This document shows positions 26,560-36,062 of a DNA stretch of 64,000 nucleotides, one piece after another. Both the position numbers and the translations under genes were made by a program. The number at the start of each line of letters is the position of its first letter. Within the stretch, counting starts at the first letter, position 1. Source of the stretch: an uncultured virus (IMG/VR IMGVR_UViG_3300024999_000098) (taxonomy: Duplodnaviria; Heunggongvirae; Uroviricota; Caudoviricetes); the IMG/VR virus record IMGVR_UViG_3300024999_000098; one strand, 5' to 3'. The notes under the pieces are model-generated. The model was not told the origin of the DNA. It was given only the letters and a program-made list of their open reading frames with translations, and did no database searches.

Positions 26560-27189
26560 ATGGCAGGCGCAAGACACGACTGGCAATTACTTGAGGAGGA
26601 CTGGAGAAGAAACGAGAAGAGCCTGGCCCAGATGGCAGAGGACTATCTCAGGTTGACAGGTAAGAAGATATCGCGCAATGCGATCCAGAAGCACTTCAGG
26701 GATCAACCTCGCGATCTTGCGAAGAAAATTAAAGCAGCGACTGAACGGAAAGTGGTCGAAGCTAAACGTAAGTTGACAGAGGTCGAGGCCAAGGTGACAA
26801 AGGCCCGTCGTAAGTTGACAGACAAGGATATTGTCGAAGCACGTAGCGACGTAATTGCCCGAATTCGCACGGAACAAGAGGATGATGCAACCGATAACCG
26901 ACGCTTCATTTCCGATGTCCTGGCCGAGGTTAAGAAAGCATATCATGAGCCTGAGAAGCTGGTTGAACTGGTTGGAATGATTAACGAAGAGCATCCTGAC
27001 TACGTGCTGGTGACCAGGCAATTCGAAAAGCTCATTGCACTTGGCGAGATGGTTGACATTCTGAAGAAGCTGATGGAGCTCTGGATCAAGCTGGCCGAGG
27101 CCGAAGCACGGATCTACGGCATTGATAAGGCCGATGGTGACAAGGGAGTCTGGACCGTGCGGTTGACCGAAGACGAGGCTAACCTGTGA
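26560..27189 (+). CDS. Terminase small subunit (putative)
   Basis: DW..LE.DWR N-terminal HTH-like; directly upstream of TerL. Confidence 0.65.
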   Translation: MAGARHDWQLLEEDWRRNEKSLAQMAEDYLRLTGKKISRNAIQKHFRDQPRDLAKKIKAATERKVVEAKRKLTEVEAKVTKARRKLTDKDIVEARSDVIARIRTEQEDDATDNRRFISDVLAEVKKAYHEPEKLVELVGMINEEHPDYVLVTRQFEKLIALGEMVDILKKLMELWIKLAEAEARIYGIDKADGDKGVWTVRLTEDEANL

Positions 27190-28571
27190 TCAAGACCTAC
27201 GACGCACCTTCAGCCGAGAATCCCGACTTCAGGCTCACGCCGAAGCAAGTCGAAGCACAGCACCTGATCGCCACACCGGGCATTTCGGACATCCTTCTCT
27301 ATGGTGGAGCTCGTAGCGCCAAGACGTTTCTGATCTGCCGGACCATCGCCATCCGGGCCATGAAATCGCCCTTCTCCCGGCACGCGATCATGCGCTACCG
27401 GTTCAACCATGTCAAGCAGTCAATCATCCTGGATACATGGCCGAAGATGATGCGGCTGTGCTTCCCCGGTGTCAAGTGTCATATCGATAAGTCCGACTGG
27501 TACGCGCAGTTCCCGAACGGAGCACAGGTATGGTTTGGTGGCCTGGACGAGGGCGAGCGCCTGGAGAAGCTCCTGGGTATGGAGTATGTAACCATATTCC
27601 TGAATGAGTGCAGCCAGATATCACTACAGGCCCGTGAGACGATGATCACCCGGCTTGCCCAGAAGGTCTATCAGGAGGTCGAGGGGAAAGGCCTGCGGTT
27701 GCTGGTGCCGAAGATGTTCTACGACGAGAACCCACCTTCGAAAGGCCATTGGTCTTACAAGATGTTCATTCAGAAGATGAAGGCTGACAAGCGGGAAACA
27801 CTCGCACATCCGGAGCGTTACGCCGTCATGCAGATGAACCCGAAAGACAACCTGGCCAATCTGTCGCCCGACTTCATGGAGAAGCTGGATGCCATGACAG
27901 CCAGGATGCGCCTGCGGTTCAGGGATGGTGTGTTCAGCGAGATCGTAGAGAACCAGCTCTTTGACGATGTGAAGATCGAGACATACAGGGTGGTTAATGA
28001 CATCGATGTACCCGACATGGTCAGGATCGTAGTGGCGGTTGACCCGTCCGGATCTGGCGACGAGGAAAACGCGAAGAACGACGAGATCGGTATTGTCGTG
28101 GCCGGGCTCGGGATCGATGGCCTTGGATATCTCCTGGCGGACTGTACTGTCAAGGCAGGGCCTGCTACATGGGGCAAGGTGGCCACTGATTCGTTCGAAC
28201 GCTTCGAAGCCAATACCATCGTAGCAGAGCAGAACTTCGGTGGCGCTATGGTCGAACGCGTGATCCAGGTCACCAGGCCAAGAACACCATATAAGGCCGT
28301 CACTGCATCCCGAGGTAAACAGGTCAGGGCCGAACCCATCGCCGCACTGGTAGAGCTGGGGAAGATCCGGCACGTAGGCTATTACCCATTGCTGGAGGAC
28401 GAGCTGGTGCAGTTCACCACCAACGGCTACCAAGGCCCGAACAGCCCGAACCGTGCTGATGCCTATGTGTGGGCATTCACAGAGCTTTTCGGTGCAATCG
28501 TGAAGAAGGTCAAGAAGAACCAGGCCGTCATGCCGCCGCGTGTCCCGCTGGATCGAGGCGTGGGGTACTGA
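27186..28571 (+). CDS. terL: Terminase large subunit
   Basis: YGGARSAKT Walker A; NP motif; VAVDPS, AEQNFGG, K..RAEP, PNRADA nuclease motifs. Confidence 0.92.
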   Translation: MIKTYDAPSAENPDFRLTPKQVEAQHLIATPGISDILLYGGARSAKTFLICRTIAIRAMKSPFSRHAIMRYRFNHVKQSIILDTWPKMMRLCFPGVKCHIDKSDWYAQFPNGAQVWFGGLDEGERLEKLLGMEYVTIFLNECSQISLQARETMITRLAQKVYQEVEGKGLRLLVPKMFYDENPPSKGHWSYKMFIQKMKADKRETLAHPERYAVMQMNPKDNLANLSPDFMEKLDAMTARMRLRFRDGVFSEIVENQLFDDVKIETYRVVNDIDVPDMVRIVVAVDPSGSGDEENAKNDEIGIVVAGLGIDGLGYLLADCTVKAGPATWGKVATDSFERFEANTIVAEQNFGGAMVERVIQVTRPRTPYKAVTASRGKQVRAEPIAALVELGKIRHVGYYPLLEDELVQFTTNGYQGPNSPNRADAYVWAFTELFGAIVKKVKKNQAVMPPRVPLDRGVGY

Positions 28572-28694
28572 TGTTAGGCATGGTTTGTACTGAGCCCGTA
28601 TTTTTGGAGACACCGCGACACGGAAGCCCCGTGATTGCTGGTTGGTTAATTTATTTGCTAGGCAGCAAAATGGAGCATACTGTGGAGGTAATTG

Positions 28695-31223
28695 ATGGCT
28701 AGGAAGCAGACTGATGTGGAGCGGGACACCGAAGACCGCATGTACGAGGAAGAGGAAGCGAGCCTCCTGGCAAGCGAGGAAGATCTCGACTCGGTTGTGT
28801 CCGGTAAGAACGTACTGGAGGACGATGCGACAGAGGGCGCTCCGGAAGGCGCGATCCACTCCGTACTGAGCGAAGCTGATGAGGCCGAGCTGGCCATGAT
28901 CGAGGAAGAGGCCGTCATGACCGTAGCTCAATCGATCCTCACGACACGCAGCGAGGCAGTCGAGTGGCGGGCCATGTCCGGGGTCGAACTGTGGTGGAGG
29001 ATCAGCGAGGAGCTGCTGGACTATACCACAGATCTCCCGGCCTACAGCACGATGATGGACTATGTGTCCGGCAACGCACCGATCAAGCAGACCGGCGAGG
29101 TAGCCCGCAGCAAGGCCGTCATGAACATCATCCGGGGCCGGTGCGAGGTAGCGCAGGGCAGGATCGAAGATATCCTCTTCCCGGTGTTCGCAAAGAACTA
29201 CGGTTTCAAGGTCACGCCGAGGCCTGAAGTAGCCCAGATGAAGGGCGACATGAGCCCGGCAGTCGGACCCAAGGGAGAGCCGATCCAGTTCACGAACGGA
29301 CAGCCTGCAGCCCTGAATGATGTCTACAATGAGCTGATGGTACGAGCCACCGGGGCCATGGCCAAGATGGAACAGATCGTGGATGATCAGCTCACAGAGT
29401 GTCAGTACAACGAAGAGGCCAGGAAGGTCATCTCCCGAGCCGTCCGTATGGGCACCGGCATCATCAAAGGCCCGTGCGCTTCGAAGAAGCTCCGCAGGAT
29501 CTGGAACCCCACCAAGGACAAGAAGGGCAAGCTGGTCCACATCCTTGAGTACAAGCAGGACAACAGGCCCATCTCCAAGGAGATCGATCCCTGGAACCTG
29601 TACCCAAGCCCTGACTGTGGCGACGACCCGCAGAAGGCAGCGTACTTCTGGGAGAAGGACACCATGCGTGTTGCCGAGGTGCAGCGCCTTATCGGTCAGC
29701 CTGGGTACTCAGCCCGGCAGCTTGAGCTGGTCCTGGGAGAGCAGCCGAAGCGCCTGAACGTGGCCCAGGATCAGCACGCGAATGCTTTCAAAGTCCGGGT
29801 CGAGAACGCCCAGCGCGGTGAGCTGTATGAGGTATGGGAGTACAACGGCAACGTCCGGCCCGACTTCCTGGAGATCCTGAACTGCAAATGCACAGGCGAC
29901 AAGCCGGTCAGCGCCCGCGTCATCTTCATTAATGATCACCCGGTCAAGGCAGATCTCAACCTGCTGGACACTGGTGACAACCTCTATGATTTCTTCCCTT
30001 GGTCGCCCATAGATGGATTGCCATGGGGTGCAGGCGAACCCATGAAGATGGCCTGGGCTCAACGGATCATCAACGCCGCATGGAGGCAGATGCTGGATAA
30101 TGCTGGTGATTCATCCGGCAGCAACGTCGCCATCAAGGGCATTGAACCGGCTGACGGCATCTGGGAATTGACAGGCAAGAAGCTGTGGAAGTGGGACGGC
30201 GACACCGACTTCGATGACATCAGGAAGGCGATCACCTCGTTCCAGACCACCAATAACCAGGCAGACTTACAGAATATGTTGGAGCTGGCCTTGCGATTTG
30301 TGGATCTCATGACTGCAACTCCAACCATCTTCCAGGGGGAAGCTCAAGAAGCCCCTGAGACGTTGGGAGCCACGAACATCGTGGTTGACAGTTCCAACAT
30401 CACCTATCGTTCCAAGGTCAAACTGTGGGATGATCGTGTCACCGTTCCCCACCTGAGACGGTATTACGACTACAACATGCAGTATCATCCTGATCACAAA
30501 GCGAAAGGAGACTTCGACGTTGACCCACGCGGAGCGTCTATTCTCTTCGAAAAGGACCAGATGCGGCAGATGCTCCTCACGGTCTGGCAGATGAAGGCAG
30601 ATCCGGACATCCTCCGCAGGACCGACTGGGATAAGGCTGTCGAACAGCTCTATGCCAGCGCCCATTTGGATATCCTGAAGCCGAAGGAAGAGCAGGGCGA
30701 AGGCCAGCCGCAGGCACCGGCAGATCCGGCAGCAGCCGCCAAGCAGGCCCAGCAGCAGGCCGCAATCGAGGTTGCCAAGATCCGCCAGGCCACTGAGATG
30801 GACAAGGCCAAGCTGGTCCAGGATGCAACCATGCAGGAGCTGCAGTTCAAGGCCCAGCAGGCAGAGATGGAACGGGGCCATGATCTGAAGATGAAAGAGA
30901 TGGACCTTCAGATCCGCATGATGGAATATTCCGAGAAATCCAAGATAGAGCTTTCAAAACTGAAAGTGCAGCTGGCCATCTCCGCTGAAGGGATGAACCT
31001 GCAGCAGAACCTGTCTGAGAAGAGCGCAGCGCAGACCGACGAGCTGGATGCCAGGGATAAGGCCCATAGCGACATCCAGGGCGACAAGCAGTCTGAACGC
31101 GATGAACGGAAGATGGACAAGCAGGGAGAGCAGCAGGCGCGGCAGATCGTAGCAAAACAGGTAGCCACTCCACCCACTGAGCCAGCAGGTAGAGCACCAG
31201 CCGGGCAGGCATACCCGAGATAA
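28695..31223 (+). CDS. Portal protein
   Basis: Follows TerL; GTGIIKGP, IDPWNLYP.P, WG.G, ETLGAT; helical C-terminal barrel typical of podovirus portals. Confidence 0.8.
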   Translation: MARKQTDVERDTEDRMYEEEEASLLASEEDLDSVVSGKNVLEDDATEGAPEGAIHSVLSEADEAELAMIEEEAVMTVAQSILTTRSEAVEWRAMSGVELWWRISEELLDYTTDLPAYSTMMDYVSGNAPIKQTGEVARSKAVMNIIRGRCEVAQGRIEDILFPVFAKNYGFKVTPRPEVAQMKGDMSPAVGPKGEPIQFTNGQPAALNDVYNELMVRATGAMAKMEQIVDDQLTECQYNEEARKVISRAVRMGTGIIKGPCASKKLRRIWNPTKDKKGKLVHILEYKQDNRPISKEIDPWNLYPSPDCGDDPQKAAYFWEKDTMRVAEVQRLIGQPGYSARQLELVLGEQPKRLNVAQDQHANAFKVRVENAQRGELYEVWEYNGNVRPDFLEILNCKCTGDKPVSARVIFINDHPVKADLNLLDTGDNLYDFFPWSPIDGLPWGAGEPMKMAWAQRIINAAWRQMLDNAGDSSGSNVAIKGIEPADGIWELTGKKLWKWDGDTDFDDIRKAITSFQTTNNQADLQNMLELALRFVDLMTATPTIFQGEAQEAPETLGATNIVVDSSNITYRSKVKLWDDRVTVPHLRRYYDYNMQYHPDHKAKGDFDVDPRGASILFEKDQMRQMLLTVWQMKADPDILRRTDWDKAVEQLYASAHLDILKPKEEQGEGQPQAPADPAAAAKQAQQQAAIEVAKIRQATEMDKAKLVQDATMQELQFKAQQAEMERGHDLKMKEMDLQIRMMEYSEKSKIELSKLKVQLAISAEGMNLQQNLSEKSAAQTDELDARDKAHSDIQGDKQSERDERKMDKQGEQQARQIVAKQVATPPTEPAGRAPAGQAYPR

Positions 31224-31232
31224 GGAGATATT

Positions 31233-31736
31233 ATGGGATTACCAGAGTTTATTGCAGACTTTTTCAGGCCAGCCAACAAGGAAGAGATCACCGAGATCCC
31301 GCCTTCAACCGAACCCCTGATCGAGGGCACGACCCCGAGGCCTGGCGACATCACTGACACGCCGCCCGTCGCCAACCATCCCGTCCCGGATCTCGTAGCC
31401 CTGGCAAAGAAGCACGGCCTGGAGTCGATGGCCAAAGTCCTAGAGGAAAAGATCTCCCTGGCCCAAGTAGCCATGGCCGACAAAGACTATGCCAAGGTCA
31501 CCCAGATGCTTGAGGCCGAGAAGCCCCTCATTATTGGTAATCCAACAATTCCGGTACTTGATACAAATTCCCCGACCTGGCAATGGATCGTAATTTGGGC
31601 CACCGAGGAACTTGACAAATCAAGGAAATTGAATGATAGTATCATTAGAACTGATAAAGACACCGCAGTTCTTCGCGGAGAGATCAAAAGACTGAAGGAA
31701 ATACTTGCATTACCAGAAAAATTGGCCGGGAAATAA
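31233..31736 (+). CDS. Hypothetical head-module protein
   Basis: TAVLRGEIK.LK.IL.L C-terminus. Confidence 0.55.
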   Translation: MGLPEFIADFFRPANKEEITEIPPSTEPLIEGTTPRPGDITDTPPVANHPVPDLVALAKKHGLESMAKVLEEKISLAQVAMADKDYAKVTQMLEAEKPLIIGNPTIPVLDTNSPTWQWIVIWATEELDKSRKLNDSIIRTDKDTAVLRGEIKRLKEILALPEKLAGK

Positions 31737-31780
31737 CCGCCCGTAGACTGTCCACCCGGAAGGCTGGAAAGGAGTAGTGA

Positions 31781-32656
31781 ATGGCAGTAGAAAACGAGCA
31801 GGACAAGGCAGAACGCGAAGAGCGTGAATTGTACGCAGAGGTCAACGCTGAGATCTACGGTCAACAGGAAGTAACGGAAGGTGTAACCGATGAGTTACCC
31901 CCGGTCGTTACGCCCGAGGCCAGCACCGAAGTCATCGATCCATGGGCAGGAACGAGCCCAGCCTTACGGCAAATGATGGAAGGGATCAGTAACAGGATGG
32001 CCGACCTGGATGCAATGAACGACAGGTTGAAGCAGGCAGAGCGCAGGGTTGGAAGTCTCAACAACAAGCTCTCCGCAGCACCCGCAATGCCCAAAGCACC
32101 GACCGCCGAAGAAATCGCACAGGCTGCAGAATCCGATGAGAAACTGCAGGAGTTTTTGCGTGACTTCCCGGTCCATGCAGAAGGCATTCAAGCTCTGATC
32201 AACAAGAAGCTGCAGGCCCAGGGGACTGGGGTTCCGGTGGAAGAGATCGAGCGAATGCGGGCCGAGTTGCAAACCGACTTCGACCAGAAACTTGACACTG
32301 CCCAAAAGGGTTACGAACTGAAGCTGCTTAAGTCCAAGTACAAAAATCATCGTGAGATCGCCCTTTCACCCGAGTTTACCGGCTGGATCGAGACACAGGA
32401 TGAAGAGACAAAGACGAAGGCAGGCGGATGGAACGCCCTGGATGGTATTGAGGTTCTCGACAGGTTTTTTGAGAGCCGTAAAGCGAAGAACGATCTGCCC
32501 GATATCACGGGCGAACGAGAGGCCCGTTTGGATTCTGCTGCTGCCGACACTCGGAACACCAGCCGGAACAAACCGGTACGACAAAAAACAGTGGCTGAGA
32601 TGAATGAAGCAGAGCTTTATGATTACGAAGCCAAGAAGATATGGGGGAAACAATAA
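31781..32656 (+). CDS. Scaffold protein (putative)
   Basis: Acidic, helical, directly before capsid. Confidence 0.6.
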   Translation: MAVENEQDKAEREERELYAEVNAEIYGQQEVTEGVTDELPPVVTPEASTEVIDPWAGTSPALRQMMEGISNRMADLDAMNDRLKQAERRVGSLNNKLSAAPAMPKAPTAEEIAQAAESDEKLQEFLRDFPVHAEGIQALINKKLQAQGTGVPVEEIERMRAELQTDFDQKLDTAQKGYELKLLKSKYKNHREIALSPEFTGWIETQDEETKTKAGGWNALDGIEVLDRFFESRKAKNDLPDITGEREARLDSAAADTRNTSRNKPVRQKTVAEMNEAELYDYEAKKIWGKQ

Positions 32657-33696
32657 TGGCCCAGCAGACATATTCACTGGTTCCGTCTCGGAACCTGATT
32701 CGCGCTGAATTGGAAATGCTTTCTCACGCCGAGCCTGTAATGGTTATCGGCACCTTCGGAAAGCAAATGGAGCAGCCGCTCAATAAAACGGACACCGTCG
32801 TGTTCCGTCGTTTGGACCCCTATGCAATGGGTTCGAATGGTGTTGCAGTTATCAATCCCGCTGATTTCCAGCTGTCGGAAGGTACGACCCCGACCCCCGG
32901 AACGATCAGCTATACCGACGTTTCGGTTACCCTGAAGCATTACGCCGTACTGTTCAAATTGACCAGTAAGTCCGAGCTGATGTACGAAGACGACATCCCC
33001 GGCGATATGAAAATCACCACCGGCCAGACCCTTGGTGAGGTCGCAGAGCTTGTCGCTTATGGCGAGTTTAAAGCTGGAAGTTCGGTTATTTACGCCAACG
33101 GCTCGACCCGCGCTGGCCTGAACACCGCGCTCTCCATCCAGAAACTCCGTATGGCCGCTCGTACCCTGGAGAACAACCTGGGCAAGAAGGTCACCACCTG
33201 GATTCAGCCTGGCTTGAAGTTCGCCACCGCTGGTTTCCCGGCTGGTTATATCGTATTCTGCCACACCGACGTAAGCTCGGACATCCGGGATCTCCCGCAT
33301 TTCCGTGATCGCGTTGACTACGGCACCGCAGTTCGCCCGGTCCATGACCGTGAGTTCGGCGCTTGTGAGGAGTTCAGGTTCGTATCGAGCCCCTTGTTCC
33401 GTCCCTTCTTGGCCGCTGGTTCCGCAACCCTGAATGGTATGGTTGCCGCTGACGACACCAACACCGACGTTTATCCTCTGATGGTAATCGCCGCTGAGTC
33501 CTGGGGTCATGTCAGCCTGAAGGGTCATGGCAAGACTTCGATCAGCCCGACCTACCTGCCGCCCAGCCAGAAGACCCATGCCAACCCGAGTGGTACTTTC
33601 GGTTATGTTGGTGCTGACTTCTGGTACGCGCCGATCAGATTGAACGAGAACTGGTTCGTTCGGATCGAGTGCTGTGTAACGGATCTTGAGGCCTAA
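32656..33696 (+). CDS. Major capsid protein (N4-gp56-like)
   Basis: P.NKT.TV.FRR..LSEG.TP; CHTD..DIR; EFG..EE.RFV.SP; RLNE.W..RIE. Confidence 0.85.
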   Translation: MAQQTYSLVPSRNLIRAELEMLSHAEPVMVIGTFGKQMEQPLNKTDTVVFRRLDPYAMGSNGVAVINPADFQLSEGTTPTPGTISYTDVSVTLKHYAVLFKLTSKSELMYEDDIPGDMKITTGQTLGEVAELVAYGEFKAGSSVIYANGSTRAGLNTALSIQKLRMAARTLENNLGKKVTTWIQPGLKFATAGFPAGYIVFCHTDVSSDIRDLPHFRDRVDYGTAVRPVHDREFGACEEFRFVSSPLFRPFLAAGSATLNGMVAADDTNTDVYPLMVIAAESWGHVSLKGHGKTSISPTYLPPSQKTHANPSGTFGYVGADFWYAPIRLNENWFVRIECCVTDLEA

Positions 33697-33704
33697 ACAC
33701 TAAC

Positions 33705-33732
33705 GGGGCAGGGGTAACAGCCTGCCCTTTTT
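33705..33732 (+). terminator. Intrinsic terminator after capsid gene
   Basis: GGGCAGG...CCTGCCC-TTTTT. Confidence 0.75.
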
Positions 33733-33743
33733 CGGAGGATATT

Positions 33744-34358
33744 ATGGGACAAAGTGTGAAGCGTCGGATCAATGGTATAGCCAATAAGAACGACGCGTTT
33801 GAACTGAGGAAACTGCTGGATGCGGTCCTCGCTGACTTGACCGAGCTTCGCACGCGAGTGGCTGCTCTGGTTGCCGACGCGACGGATCTGACCGCAGACG
33901 CGAGGAATAAGATCCTTACCAACCCAACCCTTACTATTGCCGGTGGCAAAAAGACCGCAGAATCGACAACCGGTTTCTTCTATCGGATCGGTCAGTTCTT
34001 TGGTTATAAACCGGCTGGTCAGGATATGTCGGCCCTTGTCGGCACCATCGCGGACAACAAGACCGCTGGCTGGGCCTTCTACGTTGACGGCGATGCAAAC
34101 ATCACCACCAGCGCAAAGACCGCCGACGCTGATGACCTGGCCACTGCTGTGACCTACCTGACCGCTGTCGCCGTCCCGGAAAACAAGGCCCTGATCGGTT
34201 ATCTGTTCGTATCGACCGCAGGCGCGACGTTCGTCGGCGGGACCACGGATCTCGATGCAGGCACCGCAACCGACTATTATTTCTCTTTCATGGGAAGTGC
34301 AATCGATCCTGGCGCGATGACCGCCACGACCCCGGCAGTACTGGCCCTGGAAGCATAA
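33744..34358 (+). CDS. Capsid-associated/decoration protein (putative)
   Basis: After MCP; FVGGTTDLDA motif also in next gene. Confidence 0.5.
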   Translation: MGQSVKRRINGIANKNDAFELRKLLDAVLADLTELRTRVAALVADATDLTADARNKILTNPTLTIAGGKKTAESTTGFFYRIGQFFGYKPAGQDMSALVGTIADNKTAGWAFYVDGDANITTSAKTADADDLATAVTYLTAVAVPENKALIGYLFVSTAGATFVGGTTDLDAGTATDYYFSFMGSAIDPGAMTATTPAVLALEA

Positions 34359-34382
34359 CCTATTGATTTTAAGGAGATAAGA

Positions 34383-34853
34383 ATGAACAACCTGTCTGAT
34401 GGAGCCCGAGGCGGGACCATGTGTTTCACGAAAGGAGCCCTCGCTATTGGCGACGGCGCAAAGACCGGCGTGGCCGTACCCACTACCGTTATCGATTATG
34501 CCATTGACGGTATTGGCTATGCTACCACTGCAGCCGCAACCAATAAACCCCTGTCCGCCGACACTGCACAGGCTGCGCTGACTAAATGCCTGTACCTGAT
34601 CTGCGTTGACGCTGATGTTGCTTTCACCAGTGTGAAAGGCCGTGAGGTTCTGGTGGCCGATCTGGTGGCCGGTAACGATGTACTGGAATGGCCCGAAGTA
34701 CCGGCCAACAAGGTAGCAATCGGCGCAGTCAAGATCGAAACCGGCGCAGCCACAACCTTCACCCCCGGCACGACCGCCTTGGACGCTGCCAATATCACCG
34801 ACACCTACTACAATATCGTTGGTGGTGTTCCGATCAAACCGCTGGCCAGCTAA
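34383..34853 (+). CDS. Capsid-associated/decoration protein (putative)
   Basis: FTPGTTALDA motif; Ala/Thr-rich. Confidence 0.5.
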   Translation: MNNLSDGARGGTMCFTKGALAIGDGAKTGVAVPTTVIDYAIDGIGYATTAAATNKPLSADTAQAALTKCLYLICVDADVAFTSVKGREVLVADLVAGNDVLEWPEVPANKVAIGAVKIETGAATTFTPGTTALDAANITDTYYNIVGGVPIKPLAS

Positions 34854-34880
34854 TAGCTGATCGCTGGTGAAACAGTAACG

Positions 34881-34911
34881 AAGCCGCCTTTCATATCGGG
34901 AGGCGGCTTTT
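34881..34911 (+). terminator. Intrinsic terminator
   Basis: AAGCCGCCTTTC..GGGAGGCGGCTTTT. Confidence 0.75.
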
Positions 34912-34931
34912 GTACTATCTAAGGAGGAAAA

Positions 34932-35384
34932 ATGAGTAAATACGGACAGCTTGACGTGGCCAAAGAAGACGAGATCGGCGAGGGTCTTGGCCTGGATGAA
35001 CTGAACATCGCCGGTGGAATTGAGCAGGTTTCCGAGTTCGATTTGAAGTACATAGCTGACATGGAAAAATTCATGAACGAGCGCCTGGTGATCCTGGTCT
35101 TCCCGGATCGGAGTGAAGGTGCCCTGCGTGTGATCCGGCCCGAGGTCAATGGCCTCTGCCAGCCGATCCTTCGCGGAGTGAAGACCAAGGTTAAACGGAA
35201 ATATGTCGAGGCTCTGGCCCGGACAATCTCCACAGCCTATGATCAGGTGCAGCGTGACCCGTCTGACCGGTCGAGCCTGGAGATGATCCCGATGTCGAAC
35301 CAGACATATCCGTTCACGGTTATCCATGACCCGAACCCGGCAGGCCGTGCATGGCTTGAGGCAATCATCGCAGAGAAAAACTAA
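34932..35384 (+). CDS. Conserved phage protein
   Basis: VNG....RG....VKRKYVEALAR..YPF.V..DPNP.G..WL. Confidence 0.6.
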   Translation: MSKYGQLDVAKEDEIGEGLGLDELNIAGGIEQVSEFDLKYIADMEKFMNERLVILVFPDRSEGALRVIRPEVNGLCQPILRGVKTKVKRKYVEALARTISTAYDQVQRDPSDRSSLEMIPMSNQTYPFTVIHDPNPAGRAWLEAIIAEKN

Positions 35385-35393
35385 GGAGAGCCC

Positions 35394-36062
35394 ATGACCC
35401 GTCTGGAACTGGTGAAGAGGTTGAGTAGAGAATCAGGTGTCAATAAGGTCGGCCCCATCTCCAGTGAAGGACAGGTCGGAACTTACCTTCAGCTGGTAGA
35501 GTGGATCGATGAAGCCTACGCGGCCATCCAGGGAGTACACGATACGTGGCGCTTTCATAAGGCCCCGTTCAGTAAAGCCCTGTCGATGGACGATGGGCTC
35601 TATGCACCCGCCGATCTTGACATCACCGACTTCAAGCACTGGATTCCGGACGGGGTTTCTCTCTATGAAAACCTCGCAGACGAGGCTCCCCTCCACTGGC
35701 TGGAGTGGGAGGATTTTCAATTGAATTTCGGGGTGGGGAACAACACGATTCTGACGGGCAGGCCCGGTTTCTGGACCAATGACCCGGACGATAATTTGAA
35801 GCTGTACCGCATTCCGGATAAGGCATACATCCTGAGGGGTGAATACTTCCAGAAGAACGATGTAATGACCCAGGATGGGGATGTACCGATCTACCATGAA
35901 GACTACCATATGGGGATCGTCTGGCGGGCGCTGATGTATTACGGCCTGGCGTTTGCCGAGAGCGATAGGTACACCGTGGGAATGCAGGAGTTCAAGAAGG
36001 TACTCAGGAATATGGAGCGCAAATACCTGCCCAAGCTCAGATACGGGAAGACATTGGCATGA
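35394..36062 (+). CDS. Head-tail adaptor / tail tubular protein A-like
   Basis: MT.LELV.RL..E; G.P....PD; D.P..H..IV..A. Confidence 0.65.
   Translation: MTRLELVKRLSRESGVNKVGPISSEGQVGTYLQLVEWIDEAYAAIQGVHDTWRFHKAPFSKALSMDDGLYAPADLDITDFKHWIPDGVSLYENLADEAPLHWLEWEDFQLNFGVGNNTILTGRPGFWTNDPDDNLKLYRIPDKAYILRGEYFQKNDVMTQDGDVPIYHEDYHMGIVWRALMYYGLAFAESDRYTVGMQEFKKVLRNMERKYLPKLRYGKTLA

Noticed and set aside
27624..29540. 638-aa minus-strand ORF
   Set aside because: Antisense shadow of terL/portal; no recognisable motifs.
33693..35327. 544-aa minus-strand ORF
   Set aside because: Antisense shadow of structural genes; crosses terminators.
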